Assembly: GCF_006345805.1 (NCBI RefSeq) | Contig: NC_043000.1 | Coordinates: forward strand, 29,140,001-29,204,000 | Origin: Octopus sinensis | Lineage: Eukaryota | Direction of reading: 5' to 3' | DNA length: 64,000 nucleotides | Shown: positions 25,398 to 39,676 of the stretch, one piece after another | Position numbering within the stretch: the first letter of the stretch is position 1 | Layout of the letters: every line of letters starts with the position of its first letter | Made by a program: the position numbers and the translations under genes | Notes under the pieces: generated by a model | The model's input: the letters and a program-made list of their open reading frames with translations, nothing else | Databases searched by the model: none | What the model was told of the DNA's origin: nothing

Positions 25398-25537
25398 CGG
25401 GACCTATATAAACACATTTGTATAAACAAAAGCAGAGATGCAGAGCTGATAACAATATTTGTACATGCATAAAATATATATAGACAGACAGACAGACAGA
25501 CAGACAGGCATACATAAAGTCAAACAGACAGACAGAC

Positions 25538-25586
<49 letters not shown>

Positions 25587-26076
25587 TGAATAGATGTACA
25601 CACACGAAGCTTTATATAACCAAATTCACATGAACACTGCTACAAATGTCTAGTCGTCTATACATCCACGAAAAGATGCAGATGTATATAAATACAGGGA
25701 ATGTTGATAAGAATGTCTGCATGTGTATTCATAGATATATGAGAAGATACATACACATGCAGGTCTATAGAGTCACATGTATAGAGACACGGTGTTGATA
25801 AAAATATTTATATGTTTATACAAATCTGAGTACATATACACTTCAACAGGTGTATATAATTGCGTGTATACAGACAGAAGCAGTGTTGATGTGAACAATA
25901 CTCGACAGTTAATATCGAAATCATTTCCAGCGGTGTGTAATGAAAAATCACTTCGAGAACTTTCGTTTATTCAACTCCTATTGGTGATATATTGTGATAT
26001 AGTCGGGTAGATGGATAGATCGGTGGTTGGGTATATAGAAAGAGAAGTGGATATATATGTTTTATACATGCATACA

Positions 26077-26120
<44 letters not shown>

Positions 26121-26164
26121 TCTCCAGTATTTTTGTTCCTTATATATATATATATGCACATGAG

Positions 26165-26223
<59 letters not shown>

Positions 26224-26779
26224 ATTGATAGACAGACAGATAGGTAGATGTTTTAGTCAGAAGCCATAACGGTACACAGAGGGAGAGAGGTATGAGTGAG
26301 TGAGGAATGAAACTGGGGTTGGTTGAGAAAGAAACCAAAAAGAGACTCGACTTAAAGGAGAAAAAAAGAAAGAGAAAGAAAGAAAAAGAAAAGAAAGAAA
26401 GAAGGAAGGAAAGAGAGGGAGTGAGTCTGACTGGAGAGAGAGAGAGAGAGAGTATGGAGACGATGGAGAAAGTGTAAGACGGGAAACCAAAATATGAAGA
26501 TGAAGATGATGAGATTTGTGGACTGCTTTATGGACAAGTCGACAGGTAGACAGACATAAAAGTGGACAGAATTAAGTGAGAGAGAGAGAGAGGACGAAGA
26601 GAAGAAAGAGGAAGAATGTATATTAAGGGATAGTGATGTGAGAAGGGGAAAGGAGAGAGAGAGAGGGAGGGGGGGAGAAAGGGGGGGGGCGGAAGCAGAC
26701 TTCCGTTATAAATCGAACGCCGACCATTAGCATCGCCATTATCGGCAACGTAATATTTGTGAAGTTCTGCTGTGATCAT

Positions 26780-26877
26780 CGTCATCGTCGTCCTCATCAT
26801 CAACCTCCTCCTCTTCCTCCTCCCCCTCCTCCTCCTCCTCATCTTCATCTTCATCTTCATCTTCATCATCACCATAC

Positions 26878-26913
<36 letters not shown>

Positions 26914-27040
26914 TATCATCATCATCATCATCATCATCACAGTCATAATCAACGCCATAATCATTATCATCGTCATTGTCATCATCGTCATTGTCATCAT
27001 CGTCGTCATCATCATTATGGTCATCGTCGTCGTCGTTGTT

Positions 27041-27077
<37 letters not shown>

Positions 27078-27259
27078 CAGTCATAATCAACGCCATAATC
27101 ATTATCATCGTCATTGTCATCATCGTCGTCATCATCATTATGGTCATCGTCGTCGTCGTTGTTATCATCATCATCATCATCATCATCTTCGTTGCTCTGA
27201 TCACCATAACCCTCGCCTACATCACCATCACTGTATTATTATTATTATTATTATTATTA

Positions 27260-27310
<51 letters not shown>

Positions 27311-27316
27311 TATTAT

Positions 27317-27348
<32 letters not shown>

Positions 27349-27569
27349 CATATAACAATAATAATAATAATGGTTCCTTATAATAAATGCCATAATCTTC
27401 ATTAGCATCATCATCATCATCATAAGCCTCATCATCAATATCACCATCATCTTCTTTGCTGTCGTCGTCGTCATCCTCATCATCACCGCCATCACCATCA
27501 TTACCATCATCATCATCTTCATCATCATCTTCATCATCATCTTCATCATCATCATCATCATCATCATCT

Positions 27570-27610
<41 letters not shown>

Positions 27611-27832
27611 GCAACAGTACCACCACCACCACCACCACCACCACCACCACTACCACCACCACCACCACCACCACCACTACCACTACCACCACCACCACCA
27701 ACCACCACCACCACCACTACCACTACCACCAACCCACCACCACCACCACCACCACCACTACCACTACCACCACCACCACCACCACCACCACCACCACCAC
27801 TACCACTACCACCACCACCACCACCACCACCA
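26780..27832. repeat. Compound trinucleotide array (ATC, ATT, AGT, AGC, ACC)
   Basis: Direct reading; includes an internal higher-order duplication. Confidence 0.95.
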
Positions 27833-28027
27833 CCCACTTTCTCTCTGTATGTGTGTCCAGTGTTAAAAGTGTTTCTATGAAAGCGTGTGCAGCCAGGCAG
27901 TCAGTCAGCCAGACAGCAGCAATACATCAATGACCGATCTACTGTTGCCACGTATCAATCAGATGTCCAGCACAGCGTGAAGTCGTCAGACCTTCAGACG
28001 CAGACACATATACAGAGATTTGCGTAT

Positions 28028-28080
<53 letters not shown>

Positions 28081-28334
28081 TGCGTGTGTGTCTGTCTATG
28101 TGTTTATGGATGTGTTTATATGTGTTTGTGTATGGTGTGTGTGTATATGTATTCCTACATATATACGTATATATATGTATATATATATATGTATATATAT
28201 AATATATATATGTGGTGTGTGTGTGTGTGCGTATCTAGATAGATAGATAAATACAGATATATGTATGTATGTGTATGTACATATATAAATATATATGTAA
28301 ATAATAATGTGTGGTTGTATATATATATATATAT

Positions 28335-28373
<39 letters not shown>

Positions 28374-28729
28374 GGTACGTATATCTAGCTTTTCTTATTT
28401 CTAGTTTCAAACAGCGTCTCAATTGAATGACTTCTTATTACCTCCTCCGCCCTCCCCTCCTCCCCTCCTTCCTCCTCCTCCTCCACTCTTTCTAGTTCGC
28501 GTAACTTCTTATCAATTCGCTTCTACACCCATTTTCCTCCCAAATGTTCATACACCTGGTTCTGTACTCTGTCAATCTATCTGGCAACTATGTACATGCA
28601 TGCAAATCTCCTTTACGATTATCGGTTACCATATGCTATCATACAGCAGAATTACTCCTATCATTGGCTATATATGTAGAAATCTGTTAGTGAACGCAGA
28701 ATTCATGCAAAGGCCTTATAATACATAGG

Positions 28730-28890
28730 AGTAGGAGTGGTTGGGTGGTAAGAAGCATGCTTTCCAATCACATTTTTCCGAATTTAGTCCCACTACGTGA
28801 CAACTTAGGCAAATGTCTTCTACTATAGCCTCGCGCCGACCAAAGCCTTGTGAGTGAATTTGGATGATAGAAACTGAAAGAAGCCCGCCG
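28730..28890 (+). mobile_element. SINE family B, 5' half
   Basis: Family match; interrupted by a family X HHR element. Confidence 0.8.
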
Positions 28891-28926
28891 TGTCTTCCTT
28901 TTCTATTGGACTCTCCTCTGTCTCCT

Positions 28927-28961
28927 GTTTCTGAAGAAGAGTTTTACTCGAGACGTAAAAC
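28927..28961 (+). ncRNA. Minimal hammerhead, family X (A14G)
   Basis: GTTT-CTGAAGA-aGAGttttaCTC-GAG-ACGT-A/AAAC. Confidence 0.7.
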
Positions 28962-29044
28962 CACTTCTTTCCTTCCCTCACCGTCTGCTAATACTTTACA
29001 TGTACCACGTCTTCACGTTGTTGTTTTTGTGTTTGTTATATATA

Positions 29045-29082
<38 letters not shown>

Positions 29083-29083
<1 letters not shown>

Positions 29084-29341
29084 AACGGGAAGCTTTATGA
29101 AAATAAACAAAAGACGAAGGCAGGTGGAAGACAAACGACATTTGTATATTAGTATGGCGCTCAGGAAAATAAATAAAACAAGTCTTTACGTTTCGAGCCT
29201 TTACGCTCTTCAACAGAAAGATACCAGAGAGAGAAAAACACAGAAGAAAAAAATGCGTGCAGTAGCTACGAATCAACATGGCGATCTGATTTCGGCCAGA
29301 GGTCAAAGATCAAACATGAGACGCGAGAGCGAATAAGGGGG
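29083..29341 (-). mobile_element. Solo copy of the Penelope-like 3' repeat (family Y) with HHR-like motif at 29183-29221
   Basis: Near-identical to 43298-43565. Confidence 0.9.
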
Positions 29342-29366
29342 ATATATATATATATATATATATTAT

Positions 29367-29402
<36 letters not shown>

Positions 29403-29450
29403 TATAGAGAAAGAGTTAAACATGCATACATACATACATACATCATACAT

Positions 29451-29486
<36 letters not shown>

Positions 29487-30099
29487 CACCAAACAACACA
29501 GAATGGCATTCGCAGTTCCTCTGCTAACAGCGAGATTAGCAGGATGTGTAAAGAATATATTTTACGAGTGCATGAAACTAAGACAAGGTAATGAATTTGC
29601 TACATGATAATCTTGTAGACCAAATTAGACTAAGGTCTTACGTTGTTTTGAAGACAATCAGTAACGTAACCATAAACAGTGAAGTAAAATATAATCCGTT
29701 GAACGGAATTGAAGCATTTCAAAGTTAAAATTGCCAGTTGTACACCATACTTAATAGACAGGTAAATTACCGGGATTTTCGCCCAAGATATAATCTCTTA
29801 TGAGTTTGCTTTTTAAGAAACAATACATATGGAAGGGAGAAAACACAAATCGTTCCAGTAGCGGCTAGCGAGGACGCCAGATGCATTTCGCTCTTATTGA
29901 GACTTATCAATGATTTCTGCTCGGAGTCAGCCAATGTCTGGATGATATTTGTCGCCTCCTAAATAGGCAACTGTAACTAATACATTCGCTAGTATTTGCG
30001 ATTAGCTAACGAGCTGAATAAATAATCCGGTAAGCTTAATTGAAGCTGTATTGAAATAAAAATAGCCAGCTATCTATCATCAAAGAAGATTAAAGGTCC

Positions 30100-30320
30100 T
30101 TCCCGATCCATAGGCTCATAAAGGTGGTTTTCTGGATTCTGCGTTGTATATATTCCGTCTCACCCTGGACGAGACGCCGATCATTTTTTTTTATAGATGA
30201 GTGAAATGGAGCAACGTGAAATGACGTGTTTTACTCAAGAACAAAACGCATCACTCGGTTCAGGAATCGAAACTGGAATCTTATGACCATGAGTGCAACA
30301 TCCAAACCCTTACGCCATGT
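30100..30320 (-). mobile_element. SINE family C, degenerate
   Basis: Reverse tRNA-like head plus TTGAGTAAAACAC core-like segment. Confidence 0.6.
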
Positions 30321-30360
30321 GATTTCATTCTATGTACCACACCTAAAATATACACGCGGG

Positions 30361-30572
30361 AAGGCGGTAAGCTGGCAGAATCGTTAGCATGCCAGAAAAA
30401 ATACTTAGCGGCATTTCGTCCGTCTTTACGCTCTGAGTTCAAATTTCATCGAGGTCGATTTTGTCTTTCATCCTTTCGGGGTCGATAAAATAAGTAGCAG
30501 ACGAGCCCTGGAGTCGATCTTATGGACTTACTTCTTTCCCCGAAATGCTGGCCTTGTGCCAAAATTTGAAAC
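30361..30572 (+). mobile_element. SINE family A copy
   Basis: Family match. Confidence 0.85.
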
Positions 30573-30819
30573 TAGTATCCACATGCTGTGGAAAGGCAAC
30601 TTATTGCGGTTTTCGTGAGAAGTAAAATATTTTATGTACGTGCTATGTTAAAAATTAAACAGTGTATGTCGGAGGGAGACGAAAATTTGTCCTAGCGGCA
30701 GCGGCTTGCAAGAACATCAGATGCCATTCGGCCTTGTTAAACCTGGTTTAAGACCTGTATCTGCATTAAATTAAAATAAATTAAAATGGCAATCGATGTG
30801 TCATTTAATGTGGTTAAGC

Positions 30820-31200
30820 GCAGGTGTGGTAGTGTGGTAAGAAGGTTGCTTTCCAACCACAAGGTCCCGGGTTCAGTTCCACAACGTGAAACCTAGAGCC
30901 TTGTGAATGGATTTGGTTGGCGGAAACTGGACGAAGCCGGTCGTATATATGTACATGTGCGCATGCGCGTATCTGTGTGCCTGTGTGTGCGTGTGCGCGC
31001 GCATGTGTTTGTTCCTATCACCTCTTAACAAGCGGTATTGGTGCGTTTACGTATCTGTAACTTAGCGGTTCGGCAAAGAGCGTAGAGTAAGTACTAAGCT
31101 TCAAAAAATAAATACCAGGATTGGTTCGTTCGACTTAAAATCTTCATGGCGATGCCCCAGCATGACCACAGTCTTGTGACCGAAACATATAAAAATAGAA
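30820..31200 (+). mobile_element. SINE family B copy
   Basis: Family match. Confidence 0.8.
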
Positions 31201-31534
31201 GAATGACAGGCAAGTTTCTGCGGTTTCCATCCGAAAAACACAGCACGAACAAAAGAGATCTTTATCGCGGGCGAAAACCGCAGTAATTTGCCAATCAACG
31301 CTGTATACACATGAAGTATGTTACATTGATGGCTAAAATAATATATATTTCTATCTTTGAAACGGTTCACTTGAATCTATCAGATATTCTTTGATCGTTA
31401 TTATAGCGCCCATAGGAATTCACTCCAAGAACAAAGGAAGGTGTTTCTTCAGCAGCAGATAATATTTCTGCAAAACAACATTTTGATTTATTTTTATGTG
31501 TGTATGTATGTGTTTGTGTGTATTTATGTATATA

Positions 31535-31580
<46 letters not shown>

Positions 31581-32222
31581 GAATGTCACGTGTCATTGAT
31601 GTTCTCTATGAGAGCAGGAAATAAAGAGGTTTATATTACACAAAATGGCTGCTCGATGCTTCAGTTGAAATGGCTGTGACTATATTAAAAACTAATTTCT
31701 CATGAACAGATGTTAGTGAACGGAATTCTTTGACCAATTTACCATTTTACTGTTCCTGTAAACCTCTATATGAAAGCTATGTTGTTTTTTTAATCCATTA
31801 GCTGCACATTGGCTCTAAAAAAATATTTCTAAATTGCCTTGCAGGAAAATATTATGCTGTCTTTTCTTCAGTTGTAGCGTTTTTTTTTTCTATTTCGTTC
31901 TTTAGTTTCTTTTAGCCATCGTGGCTAAGGCCACGCTGGAGGATCGACTTCAAATCAATTAGTTTTTGTTTTTATTTTGCTTCATTCCTATTGAAATGCT
32001 TGGATTTAGTGAGTGAGAATGCGGTCATGCTGGAGCACCGCCTTGAAGCATTTAAATGCGTTCCCAAATAAAAGGCTCCTTCATTGGAATTTTAACATCA
32101 ACAACAGGGTATTTTTGTGTGAATGTATGTATGTATGTATGTATGTGTGTAGATTTGTATGTTTTTGTTTATATATGTATTCTCATACATATAGTTGCAT
32201 ATCTAGACATGCTCATATATAT

Positions 32223-32665
32223 TTAAATGATAAACTTCTGGAAAGTTTTGCAGACTTTTACAGTTCCAGTGATGGCTTGGATCTGTAGTCTTCGGTATAA
32301 CTTTCTCCTTTCTGGTTCTGAGAAGCCTAATTTCTCAAGATTGGTATTTAGACAGTGTGTTACATATCCCAGTGTCTCAATAATTACAGGTATAAACATG
32401 AGCTTGTAATCTGCATAGAGTAACTGCAGATTTCTCAATAGTTCAGCGTAGGTGTTCTCTTTTTCACTGATCTTCAGCTTTATGTTAACATCCACAGTTT
32501 CTCTTCTCCGTCCCAAATAATTATATCAAGTCTGTTGTGCTTACGTTTTATTGAGGTCTTCACTGGAGTGGTTATTGTATCTACCATACTGTGGGTTCTT
32601 ATTTCTTTATTCTCGGAGTTATCCTTTCAAACGATCTCCTTATGTAGTGTCCTAGCTACAACATC
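32223..32665 (-). mobile_element. R4/Dong-type LINE, C-terminal restriction-like endonuclease fragment
   Basis: FIPVIIETLGYV...LQIQAITGTVKVCKTF* motif. Confidence 0.7.
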
Positions 32666-32704
32666 ATGTATGTATGAATGCATGCATGTATATATGTATG
32701 TATG

Positions 32705-32772
<68 letters not shown>

Positions 32773-33191
32773 GTATGTATGTATGTATGTATGTATGTAG
32801 GTATGTATGCATGTATGTATGCATGTATGTATGTATGCATGTATGTACGTATGTATGTATGTATCTATGCGTCTATCTATCTGTCTGTATATTTATATAT
32901 ACATTATGCATGTATAAATATTGTTATCAGCTCTGCTTCTCTGCTCTTGTTTATACAGGCCCCCGTGTATATATATATGCTATCATTTACGTATACATTT
33001 ATCAATATTTGTACCAACTCTGCCTATATGCGCGCGCGCGTGTGTGTGTATGTGTGTGGATATATAGACATGTGTATGTATCTTTTCACATATGTACATA
33101 GTTGTAGATATTTTTATCAGTACTGCTTGTGTTTATAATACATGTCATTATATAAACCTGCTTGTGTGTATATTTACTCTCTATCCGTCTT

Positions 33192-33225
<34 letters not shown>

Positions 33226-33857
33226 CCCCCTCTCTCTCACACACGTATACATATGTGTAATCATTTTCATCGACCCTGTGTTTATATACTGGTGACTATA
33301 CTCTTCTGAAGCATTTGGGTTAAATTTGTCTTCCACGTTCCACAAATCTCTGGGTGAAAAATGATTAAATCAACTCCTGTACTTAAGCAGTTTATTTTAT
33401 CGAGCCTGGTCAAATAAGAGTAAAAATGACCTTCGGCAAGATTTGAACACAGAACGTAAAGGGCTATAACTAAATGCCACAAGGTATTTTGTCCTATTGT
33501 GCCAATCTACAGCCATTAGAAATGCAAATAATGACTGTTTTATTATTGTTCCTAAATCGTTAGAGGTCATCTAAATTGAATCAGGAATGGTCAGTAGTTA
33601 TGGCCTAGATTTGTGGACTTGGTTCGTCGGGTTGCAGACAATGGTAGACATATTATATCGCCCAGTTTAACACCTTCACCTGGCTATTAGGTGTCTTTAC
33701 GGAGTCTACACTGTTACAAGTATTGGGACGAGATCGTTCCTCCCATTCATCTCTGCCAGTCTCGTTGTTTCTTTGCTTCACCCCTGAAGACGTCTTTGTA
33801 TTTTAGCCTTTCCAGATTTAGTGACATCAGTACCGGTAACAACTAATATGCAAATAT

Positions 33858-34060
33858 TAGTTTCAAATTTTGGCACAAGATCAAAAATTTCGGTGGAGTG
33901 AGTAAATCGGTTACACAAACTCCGGTGCTCAAATGGTACCTACTTTATCGACCCCAGAAAGGATGAAAAAACAAAATCGACCTCAGCGGAATTTGAATTC
34001 AGAAAGTAAAGACGAATATCGCTAAGGTGTGTTAGCAATTCTTCAAGCTCGCCACCCTTT
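33858..34060 (-). mobile_element. SINE family A copy (another degenerate copy at ~33310-33510)
   Basis: Family match. Confidence 0.75.
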
Positions 34061-34081
34061 AGTGTACAAATATTGCTTCAG

Positions 34082-34082
<1 letters not shown>

Positions 34083-34119
<37 letters not shown>

Positions 34120-34535
34120 CGCCACCACCACCACCACTACTACTACCACCACCACCAATACCACCACCATTACCACCACCACCACCACCACCACCATCAC
34201 CACCACCACCACCACCACTACCACCACCACTACCACCACTACCAGCACTACTACTACTACCACCACCACCACCACCACCCATACTACCACCACTACTACA
34301 ACTAATACTACTACCACTACTACCACTACTATCACTACTACAACTACTACTACCACCACCACCACCACCACCACCCATACTACCACCACTACTACAACTA
34401 ATACTACTACTACCACTACTACAACTACTACTACCACCACCACCACCACCACCACTACTACTACTACTACTACCACCGCCACCACCACCACTACCACTAC
34501 CACCACCACCACCACCACCCATACTACCACCACTT

Positions 34536-34566
<31 letters not shown>

Positions 34567-34701
34567 TATTACCACTACTACAACTACTACTACCACCACC
34601 ATCACCACCACCACCACTACTACTATTACTACTACCACCACTACCACCACCACCACCACCACCACCACCACCACTACCACCACCACCACTACTACTACTA
34701 C
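34083..34701. repeat. (ACT)n/(ACC)n compound trinucleotide array
   Basis: Direct reading. Confidence 0.95.
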
Positions 34702-34982
34702 AATTGCATTAACTCTGTTCTACAATTCCGAGGCTAATGTATTCGGCACATTACCACCTCCCTATCCGCTCACATTTAACATACCAACGCTTGCCATCCA
34801 ATATTCAAGTCCCACTTGTACAACGACGACGACGGCGATGTCCCTCCCACTAAGACCACATCCATAACAACACCCCACCACTACCATAACAACAACAACA
34901 GCAATAACGACAGTAACAATAGCTGAGCTCATAGAAACAATAAGAATTTTACGTTGCTATCACACCACGTGTTCTAACAGTC

Positions 34983-34984
<2 letters not shown>

Positions 34985-35016
<32 letters not shown>

Positions 35017-35072
35017 TGATAATAATAATGATGATGATGATAATAATATTAATAATGATGATGATGATGATG

Positions 35073-35106
<34 letters not shown>

Positions 35107-35227
35107 TGATGATGATGATGATGATGATGATGAGATGATAATAATAATGATGATGATGATAATAATAATAATAATAATAATGATGATGATAATAATAATA
35201 ATAATAATGATGATGATGATGATGATG

Positions 35228-35265
<38 letters not shown>

Positions 35266-35320
35266 ATAATAATAATAATGATAATAATGATAATAATAAT
35301 AATAATAATAGTAATAATAA
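34985..35320. repeat. (AAT)n/(GAT)n array
   Basis: Direct reading. Confidence 0.95.
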
Positions 35321-35804
35321 GCATTACGCCATCTGTATGCTATTCAGATACTGTCGATCTTACACCTTACAATAGGCCGGTTAAACACATCAGATTCGAC
35401 TACACAATCCATTCTCAGAGAACATTATTCTCTTCCGGTTAAAGGACTCCAGCTAAAGGTTTCATTCAGCGACGATGGTTCCACAGCAAACATCCATTTC
35501 TCTCTCTAACTCGTTTCCTCCGAATTCTTCGTATTCTCATTCCTTTAAAAACGATCAATATTGGATTTAGATTAGAATTTCTTCAACAGCTGTTACTATA
35601 GTGATGCCCCCCCTACTCCCTCAGCAAGCCTTATTTATTTATCTTTTTTGTTTTGTTTTTGTTTTGTTTTTGTTTTGTTATGTGTGTGTAAAAGTGTGTG
35701 TATATATATATATATTTGTGTGTGCGTGTGTGTGTGTTTGTCCACAATATGGCATTTAATTTTAAAATATCCAATACAAGGCTCTCACTTGTAGAGACTA
35801 AGAT

Positions 35805-35925
35805 ACTACTACTACTATACTACTACTACTACTACTACTACTATTACTACTACCACTACCACTACCACCACCACCACCACCACCACCACCACACCACCAC
35901 TACTACTACTACTACTACCACCACC

Positions 35926-35966
<41 letters not shown>

Positions 35967-36050
35967 CCCCAACTACTATTACCACCACCACCACCACTAC
36001 TACTACTACTACCACCACCACCACCACCACTACCACCACCACCACTACAG
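35805..36050. repeat. (ACT)n/(ACC)n array
   Basis: Direct reading. Confidence 0.95.
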
Positions 36051-36109
36051 AAAAATAAACAGCTCTATGAAAGGATAAATAGATACCACAGAACCTCACA
36101 AGTAATAAT

Positions 36110-36474
36110 CTTTTCTTTTCTAGGCACAAGGCCCGAACGTTTTGGGGAGGAGGCCAGTCGATTAGATCGACCTCAGTACACAACTGGTACTTAATTTATC
36201 GACGCCAGAAAGGATGAAAGGCAAAGTCGACCTCGGTAGAATTTGAACTCAGAACGTAGCGGCAGACGAAATACTTATTTCTATTTCTTTACTACCCACA
36301 AGGGGCTACACACAGAGAGGACAAACAAGGACAGACAAACGGATTAAGTCGATTACATCCGAAAGGATGAAAGGCAAAGTCGCCCTCGGCGGAATTTGAA
36401 CTCAGAACGTAGCGACAGACGAAATACCACTAAGCATTTCGCCCGGCGTGCTAACGTTTCTGCCAGCTTGACGC
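36110..36474 (-). mobile_element. SINE family A, composite with duplicated module
   Basis: Family match. Confidence 0.85.
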
Positions 36475-36494
36475 CTTTCTTACAAGTAATAATG

Positions 36495-37150
36495 ACCATA
36501 TCAAAAGATACACTGGATATCAACAAACTAAATGATTTGATCTACTCAACAGCTGTAGTGATATCCAGGGAAACTGGACTTGACCGACCCTTAAAGGGAA
36601 TAAAAAATTCCCAGCCAAATCTCAAACCCAGAAATGGAAACAGATCATAATAAATAAAATTCGAAAACAAAAGAAAGACTCATCACTACTTTGTGAATTA
36701 GAGAAAACGGGATCAAATATGAAAAAGAAAAAAAAAAGCTCATATAATAAAACAATACAACATAAAAAATAAAGAAGATACCTGAGAGGTAAAAGAAAGA
36801 ATTAAACAGGGCGTAGCAGCAAAAACTCGACGCAGAAAACGTCATGAAAAACGGGAACGCTTCCTCCAGCAAAATAAAGAATTCAAAATAAACACAAAAC
36901 GTTTTTATAGAAAGCTAAACAAAAGAAACTATATCAATAGATGCCATGCCAACAACATCAGTGATTCAGTCATACTGGGAAGCAATATGGAGTAAAAAAA
37001 AAGCAAAAAAACCAAAAAACCAAAAAAAAAACCCAAAATGCTTAGTGGATTAGTAGGGAAAACGAAAGGAAACACGCAATAGAACTACAGGTATGGCTAG
37101 CCATCACAGACCTACAAGGAACAGCCCACATCCTATGCAAAACAACCCAC
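36495..37150 (+). mobile_element. R4/Dong-type LINE, degraded N-terminal ORF fragment
   Basis: INKLNDLIYSTAVVI and QNKEFKINTKRFYRKL-like segments resembling the pre-RT region of the 50446-52858 element. Confidence 0.5.
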
Positions 37151-37392
37151 AAATACAAGATACACTCTATACAACATTGACCCAGTGAAATAAACTCCTA
37201 CCAGCAATACAGGAAACCATTATTTTCATTATTAGCTTTGAATAATTCTAGATTACATTTTATGTCATAAATCGCAATTTTTGATCAACAAAAATATTGA
37301 CTGTTTTGAAAACTGTTTATTTATTTATTTTTCGTATTTCCCACCTATATCATTCATTGATATTTCATACACGTTCGCAGTTGATACTATAC

Positions 37393-37586
37393 TCTTTTAC
37401 TTGTTTCAGTCATTTTGACTGAGGCCATGCTGGAGCACTGCCTTTAGTCGAACAAGCTGACCCCAGGACTTATTCTTTGTAAGCCTAGTACTTATTCTAT
37501 CGGTCTCTTTTGCCGAACCGCTAAGTTACGGAGACGTAAACACACCAGCATCGGTTGTCAAGCGATGTTGGGGGACACACACACTG

Positions 37587-37643
<57 letters not shown>

Positions 37644-37800
37644 TACAAACACAAACACACATATATACGACGGGCTTCTTTCAGTTTCTGTCTACCAAAT
37701 CCACTCACAAGGCTTTGGTCGGCCCGAGGCTATAGTAGAAGACAATTTCCCAAGGTGCCAGGCACCGGGACTGAACCCGCAACCATGTGGTTGGTAAGCA
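37393..37800 (-). mobile_element. SINE family B, full length
   Basis: Family match. Confidence 0.88.
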
Positions 37801-37946
37801 AAAAAAATAAAATGTTTATTATTGCAATTTAATAGAAAAGTATAAATATGTTTTTTTTCAGCTATCCCCATTTGGGACTTTTCGAAAAATTTATCATAAT
37901 TTCCAAAATGATTCTCGAATGAAGAAAATTTAAATACTATATATTA

Positions 37947-38480
37947 TTGGGTTGTCCGGAAAGTTCGTGTCGATTTTTAAAGGAAAGAAAAAGGTCAATA
38001 AATACTTACCATTACATTTTTAATCAACCAAATATCAACCGTTTTGTGGCATAATGCGTCTCCATCTTTCCTTTAACTTGAAAATACCCTCTTCTCAGAA
38101 TTGAGGTGGTTTCATGGCAAAGAATTCATCAAGGTATCTTTTTACGTCATCCAAGAAATTTAAATTTTTACCATTTAGACTATTCTGCCGAGACCTGAAT
38201 AAGTGGAAATCTGAAGGAGCAATATCTAGTGAGCTGCAGCAATTTTTGTCTGGTTCCCAAAGCATCAAGTGCCGAAAATGAACTTTCTTATCTTCCATTT
38301 TAAAGGGTTACAAAATTAACATGGGTTATAGGAACATAAACCTTCTTCCACGAAAAGATAGCTTAAACTGTGCTCTAAATGGAGGTGTAGCCAAATCCTA
38401 TTTTATGGAGTCAACCATGTTCTAAAATAAGTCGAAAGATAAGCTACTATAAATCGGCACAAACTTTCCGGACAACCCAA
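37947..38480 (-). mobile_element. Internally deleted mariner (534 bp)
   Basis: TIRs TTGGGTTGTCCGGAAAGTT, TA target-site duplication; N-terminus MEDKKVHFRHLML fused to C-terminus SLDIAPSDFHLFRS. Confidence 0.9.
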
Positions 38481-39401
38481 TATTTTAACACCGAAGACAC
38501 TTGGCAAAGCCAAGAAATATGAATAAAAGAATTTGGCAGTTAATAGGATGAGAAAATTTGTCTTTGGTGATATCTCTATGAAGTGCACACTAATTGATTT
38601 TAGGAAATTCCTAGCGATATTTGAAGCCATATTTAAGCTATAGATTAAACCAGATTGTTTTGCAGTTTCTGTGTGGGTTTATTTGATTTAGACTCTTTTA
38701 CGTTTTCAGTTTGCTATTGAAACCAATTCTGCGCTTATTGGAGTATATTTTCACAACAGATTATCAGTTCCCGCATAACCGATCGAATAACAATGAAACT
38801 CTGAATTGCGGTGTAAGGCATCGGCCAAATAAATGTTATGATATTCTACAAATAGTGACATTAATAAATTAATAGACTTTAAAATTCATACTTTCTTCAA
38901 AGGCATTTGAAAACCTTCGTGGAAGTGGGTAGTTTCAATTGGAAAGTAAGATATATACGTCATAAAATACGCCACAGCATGCAACACAGTTATGGCATTG
39001 GTATGTGGGGTCCTTAATGTAATCACGTGATCTCTGATTTGATTGGAGCAAACCGTTAATAAAGACGGAAGGCATCAACAACAAGGTGTTGAAGCTAATC
39101 CGATTGGGCTCTTTAATCCGATGCAAATCGTTAAAAGATGATTAATTTAACCTGAAACATGTTAATGAGAAAAAAAAAAGTAGAAAAACGTTATGGAAAT
39201 TTTTTTCAAAATCCACCATTACTCCTACCGCCACCATAACAGCGTAGTTGTCATCGTTATCCTTCCCATTTGCCTCATTTTTATCGTAATCATCAGCACC
39301 AATATTGCCATTTAAGTGGTAGAATTGGCGAAGATGCATTTTATAAGAAGTTCAGTAGCCATCGTATTAAGTTCAAATTCTGGTTAAATATATTTTGTTA
39401 T

Positions 39402-39615
39402 ACTCTTTTACTTGTTTCAGTCATTTGAATGCGGCCATGCTGGAGCACCGCCTTTAGTCGAGCAAATCGACCGCAGGACTTATTCTTTGTAAGCCTTGTA
39501 CTTATTCTATCGGTCTCTTTTGCCGAGCCGCTAAGTTACGGGGACGTAAACACACCAGCATCGGTTGTCAAGCGATGTTGGGGGGACAAACACAGACACG
39601 CAAACATACACACAT

Positions 39616-39676
<61 letters not shown>

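Noticed and set aside
34029-34867. Long Pro-rich, Thr-rich and Gly/Ser-rich ORFs resembling formin or mucin
   Set aside because: All frames on both strands are open because the DNA is an (ACT)/(ACC) array.
35320-35600. Possible RTE-type LINE 3' end next to (AAT)n
   Set aside because: Too degraded to recover diagnostic motifs.
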